From Macrostomum hystrix (Eukaryota; Animalia; Platyhelminthes), in contig CATNEN010000038.1 in NCBI GenBank assembly GCA_950097015.1, positions 8,432,001 through 8,496,000 of the forward strand: 64,000 nucleotides of DNA, given 5' to 3'. Below are positions 12,701 to 26,164 of this stretch, piece after piece. Numbering within the stretch: position 1 is the first letter of the stretch; every line of letters starts with the position of its first letter. Position numbers and translations under genes: made by a program. Under the pieces are notes generated by a model. That model saw nothing but the letters and a program-made list of their open reading frames with translations. It had not been told where the DNA came from and searched no databases.

Positions 12701-15700
12701 ATCCTAAATCCCTAGTAGAATCCTAAAATTCTAGCCAATCTTAATTATTCATAGGGTGAAGAAAACTTAACCCTTGGTAATACTAATGGGTCACAACCTA
12801 AAAATTATCCGCTCTTTTATATTAAAAATCCTTCCTAGCCTAACTGAAGCCTAAAAAATACGCTTTCATGTACTTAATAAACTAAAAAGCATGTCAAAAC
12901 TAAATAAACAGTTACTATTCTCAGGGCAAAGAATTTCACAAACGTTGCACACAGATTATGGCCAATCAGCCTAGATTTGATTGACAGGTTCAGACTGGCA
13001 TACTGACTAGAATGCTAAAATAAACTTCACTGGCCTTATCTAGGCTGGCTTATTATCAGACAGGCCAACAAACAATAACAAGAGCAGCTCACTCCAATGT
13101 CCTCCTGTCCAATTGTACTGCTGCGCTCCTTGTCCATCGAATTGAATCGAATCAGGGGCACCGAGTGATGCGACTGGTGCGGGTGAGGATGATGCGTCTG
13201 TGGCGGCTGCTGCAGCTGCTGCTGATGCCACACAGACGCCTGGACTGTCGTAGAAACCGCTGGAGATCGCAGAACTGACTGGGAAATCCCCACGGGCACT
13301 GAAATTGGTTAGAATTATATTTTTTGAGAATGCTGTTTAAACTCAAACTCATGTTATTGATTGCAATCCTATAATTAGAAACGATAGTTCTGGAAATATG
13401 GACAACATTTCTACGATTAATTATACTTCTTCTGGAATTAGGGATACTATTCTTGGGATAGGAGATAAGATTTTTTGGTCTGGGGATAAGATTTATAGGA
13501 TTGGGGATAAGATTTGTTGGATTGGAGATAATATTTGTTGGATTGAGGATAAGATTTGAGGTTTGGGGATAATATTCGTTGGATTGGGGATAAGATTTGT
13601 AGGATTGGGGATAAGATTTGTAGGATTGGGGATAAGATTTGTAGGATTGGGGATAAGATTCGTTGGATTGGGGATAAGATTTGTAGGATTGGGGATAAGA
13701 TTTGAGGTATGGGGATAAGATTCGTTGGATTGGGGATAAGATTTGTAGGAATGGGGATAAGATTCCTGAAATTGGGAACAGGATTTCTGGATGGGGTCAA
13801 AATTTCTAGGATAGGGGGATAAGCTTCCTGAAATCAGGGGCTGTTATTCCTGGAATTTAGGAGAATAATTAGTCAATAATGGACCCTGCTCCTAAGCACT
13901 CACCTGAGGACTCTCTGGCGAGCCGATTCTGCCGGCCAATGCCGACGGTGATTTCGGGATCGCTCGGCGCCGGGGAGACCCGCCTAGGGGAGAACGTCAG
14001 CTCCTTGGCGTGTCCTCCAGGCGCGTGGGGAATCACAGGGCCATCGACAAGGCGCTTGGCGTATTTTAACACGCCGCGTTGCTTAGCAACAGCGCAGGCG
14101 CCGCCACCGCTGGCGGAGGCCGCAGAGGCTGACGAGGCCTAGATAATGAGATGGAAAACAGAACTGACACTGTACTCTGTTCTATGTTGTAAAATAATGA
14201 TCCTCACGTGGAAAGGCTGATCTCTATCATGATCCTCATATGGGAAGACTGACCTCTATCATGATCCTCATATGGGAAGACTGACCTCTATCATGATCCT
14301 CATATGGGAAGACTGGCCTCTATCATGATCCTCATATGGGAAGACTGACCTCTATCATGATCCTCATATGGAAAGACTGACTTCTATCATGATCCTCATA
14401 TGGGAAGACTGGCCTCTATCATGATTCCCATGTAGGAAGACTGGCCTCTATCATGATCCCCATATGGGAAGTCTGACCTCTATCATGATCCTCAGGTGTG
14501 GAGACTGAGTAAAGTTAATCGTCGGAGAAATCTTCAAAAAGCTACTCACCTGTGAATCCAGATGGTGCAGATGCTGCTGCTGCTGCTGAGGTGAGATTAA
14601 TTCAGAAGCGATTGTGTCGGCAGCGGGAAGAACGGAATTGGACGGGGCATTGTTGGCACTCTCGCAGTCGGGATCGGGCGCCTGCGGCTGCGGCAGCAGG
14701 TAGCAGGTGAGATCAGTGCCGCTGGCTTGACTGTCAACAGTCTGCAGCGTCATCAGCGGCCTAGTCTGCTGTTCGGACAGCCACAATGCCGTTAGTCGGC
14801 ACGACGCTAAAGAGGCCGGCAGTGCCTTCAGCTGGTTACCGACAAGGTCGAGTACGCGCAGGTCTTTGAGAAGGCCAATGTCCGCTGGCAGCGAGGTGAG
14901 GCGATTGTCGCGAATGCTCAGGATGTGCAGGTTGTGCAGGCTACACAGCTGAAGGGATGCAAAAATATGGATGAACGGATTAGGGACGGAATGATTAAAA
15001 TAGTGAATGGTTCAGAGACTGATGGATTAACATAGTGAATGGATTAAATTCTAATGGATCAACAGAATGAATCTATCAAGGACGGAACGATTAACAAATA
15101 AATGGATTAGGGACCAAAGGATTAACAGAATGAAATGAATTTAAGGCAATAGGATTAACAGAAGGAACGGATTAGGGACTGAAATATTTAAAGAAGGAAT
15201 AGATTACGGACGAAAGGATTACCGAAATGAATGAATTAGGGACTGAAAGATCAACAGAATAAATGGATTTAATAATCATGGATCAACAGAATTAATGGAT
15301 TTAATAATCATGGATCAACAGAATTAATGGATTTAATACTCATGGATCAACAGAATTAATGGATTTAATACTCATGGATTAATAGAATGGATGGATTTAA
15401 TACTCATGGATTAACAGAATTAATGGATTTAATACTCATGGATTAACAGAATTAATGGATTTAATACTCATGGATCAACAGAATTAATGTATTTAATAAT
15501 CATGGATCAACAGAATTAATGGATTTAATACTCACGGATTAATAGAATGGATGGATTTAATACTCATGGATTAACAGAATTAATGGATTTAATACTCATG
15601 GATTAACAGAATTAATGGATTTAATACTCATGGATTAACAGAATTAATGGATTTAATACTCATGGATTAACAGAATGGGTGGATTAGGGACTAAAGAGTT

Positions 15701-18700
15701 ATGATTGAAATTACCTGTTTAGGTAGCTGAGCAATTCTATTCCGATCCAGGTTGCAGTGGATCAGTTTTTTCCAGGACTCAATGGCAGCGGGCAGTGACT
15801 GCAAATTATTTTTTTCAGAAATTTTACGTAGTTTGATTAAACACGTGATAAAAAATATTTAATAACATTAGAAAAAGCAGTGCAGTTAGCTCACCTCAAG
15901 CCTATTTTCCGCTAGATAGACATCGCTTAGTTCAACCAGTCTAAAATTTTTATGCAAAAAAACTACCAGTGTCGAGTTAACAAGCGAGCAGTCAACATGT
16001 TATTGCCAGTGTAAGAAGTTAATCAGTAGCTTAATTGACATGTGCCAATTAACAGGTAATTTGACATGTGCCAATCTACAGATAAATTGACATTTGCCTA
16101 ACTACAGGTTGACATGTGATAATTACTTCTGGTTAATTGACATATATTAATCGACAGGTAGCTTTACGAGTGAAAAATGACACGTAAATTGATATGCGCC
16201 GATTCATGGGAAAATCGACGTATCAATCGACAGATCGATCGGCATAGTAAATAAATGGTAAATCGGTGTGTCGATTGACAGGTAAATCGGTGTGTCGATT
16301 GACAGGTAAATCGGTGGGTCGATTGACAGGTAAATCGGTGGGTCGATTGACAGGTAAATCGGTGGGTCGATTGACAGGTAAATCGGTGTGTCGATTGACA
16401 GGTAAATCGATGTGTCGATTGACAGGTAAATCGGTGGGTCGATTGACAGGTAAATCGGTGCGTCGATTGACAGGTAAATCGGTGTGTCGATTGACAGGTA
16501 AATCGGTGTGTTGATTGACAGGTGAATCGGTGTTTTGATTGACAGGTAAATCGGTGTGTCGATCATCTGGTAAATTGACATCCTTCAAAAAGAGCTTTGC
16601 AAAAAACAACTAGTTTAGTATTAAACAGCACTAACCCGCCAATCTCGCTTGGCATGCTGTCTAAACAGTTCTGCTCCAGGCGCAGAATGTTGAGCCTGTT
16701 GAGTTGGCCAATGCTGGCTGGCAGTTGCTCGATGCAGTTTGACTTCAACGACAGATCAGTGAGGTTTGATAGGCTGCCCAGATTCTCTGGCAGCTGCGGG
16801 TGTGGCGGCGGGAGGCAGCAACGAATTTATTAGTGATAATACTAGAGATCCATCACGTGGCTACTGAGACGCTATGCTCCACTTCAGGTGGCTGTCACAC
16901 AATCCCCTGATCCTTCAGGTGGCTACTGAAACACAATCCCCTGATCCTTCAGGTGGCTACTGAGACACAATCCCCTGATCCTTCAGGTGGCTACTGAAAC
17001 ACAATCCCCTGATCCTTCAGGTGGCTACTGAGACACTATCCCCTGATCCTTCAGGTGGCTACTGAGACACAATCCCTTGAACCTTCAGGTGGCTGCCACA
17101 CTATCCCCTGATCCTTCAGGTGGCTACTGAGACACTATCCCCTGATCCTTCAGGTGGCTACTGAGACACAATCCCTTGAACCTTCAGGTGGCTGCCACAC
17201 TATCCCCTGATCCTTCAGGTGGCTACTGAGACACAATCCCTTGAACCTTCAGGTGGCTGCCACACTATCCCCTGATCCTTCAGGTGGCTACTGAGACACA
17301 ATCCCTTGAACCTTCAGGTGGCTGCCACACTATCCCCTGATCCTTCAGGTGGCTACTGAGACACAATCCCTTGAACCTTCAGGTGGCTGCCACACTATCC
17401 CCTGATCCTTCAGGTGGCTACTGAGACACAATCCCTTGAACCTTCAGGTGGCTGCCACACTATCCCCTGATTCTTCAGGTTGCCGTTACACAATCCTCTG
17501 AACCTTCAGGTGGTTACTAAGACACTGTCCCCTGATACTTCAGGTGGCTACTCAGACACAATCCCCTGAACCTTCAGGTGGCTACTGAGACACAATCCCT
17601 TGAACCTTCAGGTGGCTGCCACACTATCCCCTGATTCTTCAGGTTGCCGTTACACAATCCTCTGAACCTTCAGGTGGTTACTAAGACACTGTCCCCTGAT
17701 ACTTCAGGTGGCTACTCAGACACAATCCCCTGAACCTTCAGGTGGCTACTGAGACACTATCCCCTGAACCTTCAGGTGGCTGCCACACTATGCCCTGATT
17801 CTTCAGGTTGCCGTTACACAATCCTCTGAACCTTCAGATGGTTACTAAGACACTGTCCCCTGATACTTCAGGTGGCTACTCAGACACAATCCCATGATCC
17901 TTCAGGTGGCTACTGAGACACTAACCCTGAACCTTCAGGGGGCTGTCACACTATCCCCTGATACTTCAGTTGCCTGTCACACTATCCCCTGATTTTTCAG
18001 GTTGCCGCTACACAATCCGCTGAACCTTCAGCTGGCTACTAAGACACTGTCCCCTGATACTTCAGGTGGCTACTCAGACACAATCCCATGATCCTTCAGG
18101 TGGCTACTGAGACACTAACCCTGAACCATCAGGGGGCTGTCACACTATCCCCTGATTTTTCAGGTTGCCGTTACACAATCCCCTGAACCTTCAGCTGGCT
18201 ACTAAGACACTGTCCCTTGATACTTCAGGTGGCCACAACATTTCACAGTCAATCAAAGCCTCACCTTTTTCAGCTGATTATCTGAAGCGTCAAGCTGTTG
18301 CAATTTTCGCAGATTTCCGAAATTGTCCGGCAGCTCCTCAAGGTGGTTGCAGTCGAAGAACAGCTCCTGCAGCGACAACAGTGAGCAGATAGCGACGGGC
18401 AGCTTGTCGAACTCATTGCTTCCCAGGTCGAGCATCTCCAAGCGCTGCAGGTTGCCCAGGGTGCTTGGCAGCTGCTCGAGGATATTGTCGCGCAGTTCAA
18501 GACGGCGAAGATTCGCTAGGCTGCCATGTGAAAGGCCGATTTGTAGTTATTTTTTAACTATATAAATACACACTTTGAAAGCGACTACAGCAGCATGCAG
18601 CAATTGTAAAATATAGGAGAAATGGGAGAAATGAATTAGAAGAGTTTACAAACGGGTGAGAAATGGGTGAAAATAGGGTGAGGAGAAATGGATGAAAGAG

Positions 18701-20614
18701 GAAGAACTGGGAGAAAAGAGAGATTTTTTTAATGGGAAAAATTCGGTCAGAAACCATAGAGAAAGACAAGTCGATGAGAATGGAAAGAATCGTGCCGGAA
18801 GTAAGTAACGGAAGAGAAAGAGGATAAACGGGTGACATTGTGAAAAAATGGGCGGTAATAAAAATAATTTCGTAAAAAAGGGGAGGAATTTGTGAAAATG
18901 GGGATAAATGGGAGAATGGGGATAAACGGGTGAGACTGGGGATAAATGGGTGAGAATGGGGATAAATGGTTCAGAACGAAATAAATGGGTGAGAATGGGG
19001 ATAAACGGGTGAGAATGGGAATAAATGGGTGAGAATGGGGATAAACGAGTGAGAATGGGGATAAACGGGTGAGACTGGGGATAAATGGGAAGAAACGGGT
19101 GAGATTGGGTGAGAAAGGGGAGAAACATGAGACAAAAGGGAGAAACAGGTGAGACATGGCTATGATAGGAGAGAAGCGCATGGAAAATAAAAAAGACGGA
19201 GCTCAAATGTACTCACTTGCCAATTCCACTGGGCAGTTCGGCCAGGCCTGTGTCATTCAGATTAAGATTAACGAGTGTCTTCAACTGGAACAGGCCGTTT
19301 GGTAGACTGAAAAATAGATTTTGGCAATATCTGGATTTATTGTAAAAAGAATTCGACGGTAATCAAGGCATAAACAGATACTTAAAATAATTGCTCACCC
19401 TCTGAGAGGATTGCTGCACAAGTCGATTGAAACCAATTCTGCGCAGAATTTTATGTTCTCGCTGATCTCCGAAATATCTGAATAATTCAATTTGGCATAA
19501 TAACAAAATAAAAAAATGCAATCATATTAGGCCTACAATGCTGCAGTTAGATTAAAAAACGGAGTATACTTCAACAATTATTAACTAACCATTCCTACTG
19601 ATGTCCAAGTCTTGCAGCTTAACCAGGTTGCCAATTCCATCGGGCACTTTAGTTATCAGATTGTCACTTAGTGCTAGCCGGCGCAGATTTGGCAATAGGA
19701 AGAGTTTCTACAGGTGTGAGTGAGTTTCAAGCAAGTAATTTTGTATTATAATTAAGTTATTTTTGAAGGAATACAGGATGTCATAATCATCGCTTTTTAT
19801 TGTAAACTTGTAAAGCCAATTCAGGAATATAAATTGTATAACAATCAAAAGAACAATTGATGTAACCATTAACTGCTCAGGGCTGTATACACAAACTGAA
19901 AGCACAAAATGTAGGCTAACTGTAAAAATATTTCTTGTAAATTAATCTAAAAATAGAGTATTTCATAACTTAGCTTTTCATTACTGAATTTTAAATTCTT
20001 TAAATTAAAGTGGCTTTCTAAGATTGTAGCCTATTTCCATCTATAAAGTCTTAAACAAAGATTTGGTGTTATGGGCCTAATTCAAAACAGAGCAGAAAAA
20101 GACCATTTATCATAGGCCTAATTAAACCATATATAGCTATCATAATGCTATCCAGACATATAATATAATGCTATCAGAGGAGATATAGCTATGTATTAAT
20201 AATACAATATCACTAGATAACAGATGGCATATTATCTTGAGAAATATTTTGCTAATTAAAGCAAACTGAAAATACATTTGAATATAATAATAATTTGAAA
20301 TTAGGCCTACTTTAAATATTTATCATAATGATTTTTGGTAATTTCTTTGTTATTTTGAAGAGGCCAATTTAGCTAGTCTTAGCTAGAATTAGACACAACT
20401 ATACTTAAGGTTTACTAAATGTTAAAAAATTGTCTCAGCAGATTAATTTTCCTACCTTGGGGAGCTCAGTGATCTGGTTTGAATCCAGAACACATTCTTC
20501 TATTGTTTCTGAACTTTTAAACACCTCTTTTGGAACAGAGTGTAAGCTACAATGACTTTTGTCAACACTCTGTTCATCAGACCGACAGCTGCGAAAAGGG
20601 AAACAAGAAAACAT
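6768..20614 (-). CDS. scrib: Scribble-family LAP protein (LRR + LAPSD + 3 PDZ), at least 16 coding exons, 3' end unresolved
   Basis: Exons (minus): 20456-20614, 19590-19707, 19399-19477, 19217-19306, 18265-18520, 16636-16793, 15895-15940, 15715-15798, 14550-14948, 13904-14138, 13093-13298, 11691-12080, 10997-11269, 9050-9205, 7970-8666, 6768-7069. All are GT-AG and phase-consistent (3648 nt, 1216 codons). N-terminus MFSCFPFRSCRSDEQSVDKSHCSLHSVPKEVF matches Scribble. Also present: LRRs (LEMLDLGSNEF), LAPSD (LWLSEQQ...LTCYLLPQ), the RRDTPH motif, and PDZ domains (LGLSIAGG, LGLSICG, DPTDEGIFV). Confidence 0.93.
7623..7931. mobile_element. MITE-like element with about 98-bp terminal inverted repeats, in a scribble intron
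   Basis: 7623-7720 (acaagtcgccagctcttcag...cacccctata) is a near-perfect reverse complement of 7834-7931, with a 113-bp spacer. Confidence 0.8.
8797..8943. repeat. 27-bp partly palindromic minisatellite
   Basis: Unit aatgtacattgcttatgtacaatggag. Confidence 0.85.
9713..10752. repeat. CT-rich 25-bp minisatellite
   Basis: Unit ctctctactttctcccctctccacc. Confidence 0.92.
12178..12605. repeat. 18-bp minisatellite
   Basis: Unit cgtttgataatccctaca. Confidence 0.92.
13470..13770. repeat. 21-bp minisatellite
   Basis: Unit ggattggggataagatttgta. Confidence 0.85.
14198..14495. repeat. 32-bp minisatellite
   Basis: Unit ctctatcatgatcctcatatgggaagactgac. Confidence 0.9.
15250..15685. repeat. 32-bp minisatellite
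   Basis: Unit atggatttaatactcatggattaacagaatta. Confidence 0.9.
16257..16575. repeat. 24-bp minisatellite
   Basis: Unit aaatcggtgtgtcgattgacaggt. Confidence 0.9.
16857..18235. repeat. 32/34-bp minisatellite with alternating and higher-order variants
   Basis: Units ccttcaggtggctactgagacacaatcccctgat and ccttcaggtggctgccacactatcccctgat. Confidence 0.92.
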
Positions 20615-22689
20615 TCCTTATACTTGCAGGTGACTAGCACATGTAACACAAACAGCTGTTGCAAGATGGATTTATAATCATCGATGATTGAGTTTCAGCA
20701 GCTTAAGAGCTACTATTGACCTTTGGCTTTAGGCTTATTTTTTAATCAAGTATGTCTACAAACTATAGCCATAGGCCCACAGATGATATTCCAGCAATTG
20801 TTTTAGACAATAAATATAGAGCTTTTAATTTGCACGAAACAAAAGCTGAGCATATTAATTAGGATATTAAGGCATTGCTTCCTTTTAATATTTTATCAAG
20901 GTCCGCTTTAGCGACCGACGACAGCCGACTGGTAAGATACAGTCTAATCAAGTGGATACGCGAGTTTTTTTATTCAATGAAAAAACATCAGATTAAAAAT
21001 TTATTTTATATAACAAACAACAGAATCGGGCTTAAGGAACAAAATTGTCAAGTCAGAAAGTAAGAAACTAAACTAGTTGAAGCTAAAAGCTTAGGCCAAC
21101 TCTCCTTTTGGCATACAGATTTCTCTTGACATTCTACGGTAGTTCTTGGAAACTTAAGACAAGAAAACAATTTTCTTATATTTATAGGAGCGTAAAATTC
21201 TATGTCGTCAAATGCGTAGATGCTTTAAAGAACTAAACAATTTGTGAAATATTTGATCTCTAATTTTAATGTCTCAAAAGTTTTGTTTCTTTTATTTACT
21301 ATCTTAGAACTTTGATTTAGTAACCTACTTTACGATTTCTAAAAGCTCTTGTACCCGATAGGTTGAGACCTTTAGAACATCTTAACGGACCAGATTCACT
21401 GTTCATCCTAACGAGACTGAAAAACCAGATAAACCTACCGGACGGTACCAGACAGTGTAGTGTCGGCATGTTTATTTTATAATGCGTATATTTCTACTAA
21501 GTAACTTATTCGCGCACGTCAACATTAGCGTTTACCGGCAGGGTCGACCTGGCAGAAGAACAAGCGGCGCGGCCGGCACCCAGGCTTTGATGAGGGCTGG
21601 GGCGGGTGTTTGACTATATAACTGACTATTGCGTTGTCATTTTGTTCCTGTATCTTTCGCGTCGCGTCGTGTTCGTGTCGTTCTGGCACAATGCCCTCAT
21701 CAGAGTTTCGTTGCAATCGTTCTTTTCCGCGTTGTTACGCATCCTATAGTAAATATAGATACCGGGACAGGTAAACCGGTCCAACTAGCTAGTCGAACAA
21801 AACCCCACACTCAATCCCCGTCAGTAAGTAGCTTGCGCTGAGCTCGGCACGTCTGGCCAACTGCTAACGGAGTGTTAGACAGGGATTGGCAAGCACGGAA
21901 GTACTCTCCATATCGCCGACAGTCATCGTTGGGACGCCGTCGAATTGACATTAGGTGTGGCACGATAGAACTATCGTTGTGCCATAGTGCGGAAGTGCTT
22001 GCTGGTGGTTTTAGACTAGGGACTTTGGATCAGGTTTCGTGTTATTTGTCTTGTTTTGTTAGGGACTATCTGTTTTGTCTAGGAGTTAATTGTGTTAATT
22101 GTCGTGTTATTTCCGTGAGTTCTTGTTATTGTCCAGAGCATTATCGAGTAGCTAGAGTTCGTGTTGTTCTTGCGTTGAGGTTATCGAGATTTTGTTAGTA
22201 AATTACCAGTGCGAATTGTGAATATTAAATTGAATTAAGTACAGTACCTGGCTGGGGACGGAAAGAGCGCTGCCAGGGGAACTAATCATTCATAGCTTTC
22301 TCTTATTAACGAATTAACACTTAAAATATCAGCTGTTTAAGCTTGGACTTTTGAATCGTCTTGTCTTCGTTATTTTCGAGTTACGGCAATAGAATCTCTC
22401 GCAAAGAGTAGGGCACCCGACCTGATCATTTAGGAATCTCAACGCAAAGAGAGACCTAAGTCAAAATATCACAACAGTACCTCTCCGGTCAGGTAGGTTT
22501 GGAATATGCTAGAACTTGCACAAATTTAGAAGCACCGGTAAAAAATACACTTTGGGTCACTTTGGTACTTTTGAAATTAGAAAATTTTAATGAATTTAAG
22601 TTAAAAAGTTAAAATGATACAGGTAAAGCTAAAAAATTTACGCGACTCACAGCAGCAGAGCAATAACAGCTTAATAATAATAATAATTG

Positions 22690-23038
22690 CAGGAGGGCTG
22701 CGGGCAATGGCACATCATTTAGTGACACTATAGACCCGCAGCCAGCGAAGAGGCAATTCACTGACTTTGCCCATTTCGCTGACTCCTGAGCACACACTCA
22801 CACAGATACTTTACGCAGGCACACACTTACACATCTGCCCTGACTTTCTCATCGTCAGGCTGTGTACATTTCACTGTGCCTTGGAGGTTGGCCCTCAAGG
22901 ACGTAAATTGCACGACAAGCCCCCAAAGCCTTCTCTCCGCGGCTGCGCCCCAAATAAATGTGGCCTCGCCGTGGAATCGAACTTAGGGACCTCGGTGCGA
23001 GAGGCAAACGCATTAACCGCTCTGCCACCGACCCCCGC
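22690..23038 (-). mobile_element. tRNA-derived SINE, family A
   Basis: The minus strand begins GGGGGTCGGTGGCAGAGCGGTT (A box) ... GTTCGATTCC (B box). The body is shared with copies at 57735-57965 and 59226-59478. Confidence 0.8.
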
Positions 23039-23334
23039 AATAACAGCTTTTGGCTCCGTTGGGTGATGAGGGACGGAAGATCAGAGCTGGTCAACAAGGC
23101 GATCGTTCTTTTAAAGCCCCTCATTATTTTATAAAGACCTTCCCAAACAGCCTCACATTTTTCCTGCTCTACTGACAGTGAAGTGGGCGCGGGGAGCGCC
23201 TTTCAACAGTTAATGCCTTTGTCATAGATTTTTCTACCGCACTACTGAAATATTTTTCCTACGTAAAAAGCAAATCCTTAATCTAGAAATGCGCTGTCGA
23301 ACCCGGTCATGAATGCATAATCTCAGAGAGAATC

Positions 23335-24240
23335 TCTGGGAGAATGGGAGAGTATGTGAGGAGTAGGAGAATCGGAGAGTATGTGAAGAGTGGGAGAATG
23401 GGAGAGTATGTGAGGAGTGGGAGAATGGGAGAGTGTGGGAGAATGGGAGAGTCTGTGGGGAGTGGGAGAATGGGAGAGTATGTGAGGAGTGGGAGAATGG
23501 GAGAGTGTGGGAGAATGGGAGAGTCTGTGAGGAGTGGGAGAATGGGAGAGTGTGGGAGAATGGGAGAGTCTGTGAGGAGTGGGAGAATGGGAGAGTCTGT
23601 GAGGAGTGGGAGAATGGGAGAGTATGTGAGGAGTGGGAGAATCGGAGAGTATGTGAAGAGTGGGAGAATGGGAGAGTATGTGAGGAGTGGGAGAATGGGA
23701 GAGTGTGGGAGATGGGAGAGTCTGCGAGGAGTGGGAGAATGGGAGAGTCTGTGAGGAGTGGGAGAATGGGAGAGTCTGTGAGGAGTGGGAGAATGGGAGA
23801 GTATGTGAAGAGTAGGAGAATCGGAGAGTATGTGAGGAGTGGGAGAATGGGAGAGTATGTGAGGAGTGGGAGAATGGGAGAGTATGTGAGGAGTGGGAGA
23901 ATCGGAGAGTATGTGAAGAGTGGGAGAATGGGAGAGTATGTGAGGAGTGGGAGAATGGGAGAGTGTGGAAGAATGGGAGAGTCTGTGAGGAGTGGGAGAA
24001 TCGGAGAGTATGTGAGGAGTGGGAGAATCGGAGAGTATGTGAAGAGTGGGAGAATCTGAGTCTGGGAGGAGTGGGAGAATGGGAGAGTATGTGAGGAGTG
24101 GGAGAATCGGAGAGTCTGGGAGGAGTGGGAGAATCGGAGAGTCTGGGAGGAGTGGGAGAATGGGAGAGTATGTGAAGAGTGGGAGAATCGGAGAGTATGT
24201 GAAGAGTGGGAGAATCGGAGAGTCTGGGAGGAGTGGGAGA
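23335..24240. repeat. GA-rich about 27-bp minisatellite
   Basis: Unit gggagaatgggagagtatgtgaggagt. Confidence 0.92.
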
Positions 24241-25075
24241 TTTAAAAGTTACACGAGTATGGCTAACTGCTGATAAGCAGTCTATAGCAGGCATCGCAGT
24301 TTTGAGTTAGTCCTCAGTCGACAATGAACTATTTATATATTTTTCAAACCTAAACATGTAGGCCCTAATCGTGACGATAATAATATTTCTGAAAGCAATA
24401 GCTTTCCTTGTTGCCTCTGAGTCGACTTTTAATCGAGTCGCCCATTAAATAAATTAATTGTCGAAAGAAGGTAAATTATGAAATAAAATTAAAGTAAATA
24501 AATAATTTACTCTGTCAAATTTACTTATTATGATCAATTGTGTTTGCATTTACATTTCATATACTTAAGTAGTGGATTATTTTTCAACAGTCAAAAGTTT
24601 TTGTTTTAAATTTGGAGGCAGATTATAGTAAGATCCATATTAATCAAGACTTTAAAGCCGGAAAAGCAAAGTGTAGTTAAAATAATCTCGCAGAAATTAA
24701 ATAAGGCGCCAAAATATACACGTAGTCAGTCGAGTAACGGACTAACTGAAAGCCTGCTGAAAGAAACTAAAATAATTGGAACTTTGTTAAAAAATAGCAA
24801 CAAACTAACGAAGATTTAAAATCAACGAGGGTAGCAATATTTTAGAATAGTGACAATCTGGGTAAATAAAGGTATAAACAACACGAGTCGGAATATATAG
24901 ATCAACATCGAGGATGAATATAGGATTAATTGACGACACGATGATTCCTGAATAAAATAACAGGCGTGGAAAAACTATTGCAATAGTGTTTATGTCCGTG
25001 AAGTTTTTACATTAAGTCTTAATATTTTGTTTTGATCGACACTACTGCAAGTAGAAATATTTGCTAATGTTTCCT

Positions 25076-26164
25076 TTAATTCGATTTCGGCTCTTCAGCG
25101 TCAGCAGCAGCGCGAGCACGGGCATCAACTTCAGCGGCGAGTTTGGCGCCGTCAAGCAGGGCTTCGATTCGTCGACCGATCTCCCTGAAGTTGAAAGGCA
25201 CATTGCGCTGGGTGTTATTGTACGGGTTCATCATCGGCTTGCCGTCCAGACGCTGACTCAGCTCTGAGCAACGATCCACGTAGCGCTGGTAGTTTTTGAC
25301 GAAGTGCGATGAGGCACGCTGTCGCATCCGGGGCGGCAGAGGCGACCGGGCTGGGTCGAGCTGATCGCATACGGCCACCCGCAGGGTCTGATAGGCCAGA
25401 AAGTCGCTGTACAGTTGCTTGAATTCTGGCACAATGCTCTCATCAAAGCCAGGCTCATTGTCCCAGGGCATCTCGTTGAGGCGGAACTGCAGCGAGTGGA
25501 GCACATTGGCCAGGGTGTAATCCGGCTGCCAAGAAATCCCCTGCCAGGTGCCCAAAAGGCTTAGGCAGACGCAGCCGTTCTCATAGAAGTTCGGGTTGAA
25601 TCGAACGGTGCCTCGGCCTGTTGTGAGCAGTGCTACTCGCGGAGGGCTGCACAATTTTAAGACAAACAAGCTTATATTAGCTCTCAGTTGTGAAGTAAAT
25701 TAATAAATTGAATCATTCAATATATAAATAACTCTAAATTGCTGTGCATGGCATATAAATTACTACCCATTTTAATGAATTTCAGTTTTTTGGACATACC
25801 TGTTGGGAAATTCTGGCGGCACGCGAACAGTGAAATGAAAAAAGCCACCCTCATAGGGTGTATTATGCTGGCCGCATATCAGAAAGTCCAGCCGTGAGCA
25901 GTCCTCATCATTAGCAAATATATAAGCACCAGGTTGCTCATCGGAGATAAGACTGCGAGTATCTGACAGAACCCGAGCTAAACAGCCTGGCCTGTAGCTG
26001 TTTGCTTGAAACTCCAGGCAATCTGGGTGCCAGATGGCTGGTAGATTGACAATGGCAGCTGGCATCATGGCTAGCAAAAATTGTTGAAATTGCTCCTGAC
26101 TCGTAGGAATCAGAATGTCATTTTCTTCACTAATAGGGACATCTTCATTAATGCCTTCTGCCAT
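25076..26164 (-). CDS. UBE2Z: Ubiquitin-conjugating enzyme E2 Z-like (2 exons, about 311 aa)
   Basis: Exons 25800-26164 and 25076-25646, phase-2 GT-AG intron. Motifs TPYEGGFFHF, PPRV..LTTGRGTVRFNPNFYENGCVCLSLLGTW (catalytic Cys) and NEPGFD are characteristic of UBE2Z/USE1. Confidence 0.88.

Noticed and set aside
6203-13800. Rule that G-rich repeats lie near donors and C-rich repeats near acceptors
   Set aside because: It holds for some introns but is contradicted by the 12.2-kb and 13.5-kb arrays.
21660-21725. Hammerhead-ribozyme-like CTGATGAG on the minus strand
   Set aside because: Stem II is not closed by the required C-GAAA, and stems I and III could not be built.
21456-22311. Possible solo LTR upstream of scribble (TGTAGTGT start, mixed composition)
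   Set aside because: No matching TSD, terminal inverted ends, PBS or second copy in the window.
23323-24294. ORFs in the GA-rich repeat, other minisatellite ORFs, and antisense ORFs overlapping real exons
   Set aside because: They are low-complexity translations or shadows of the real coding strand.
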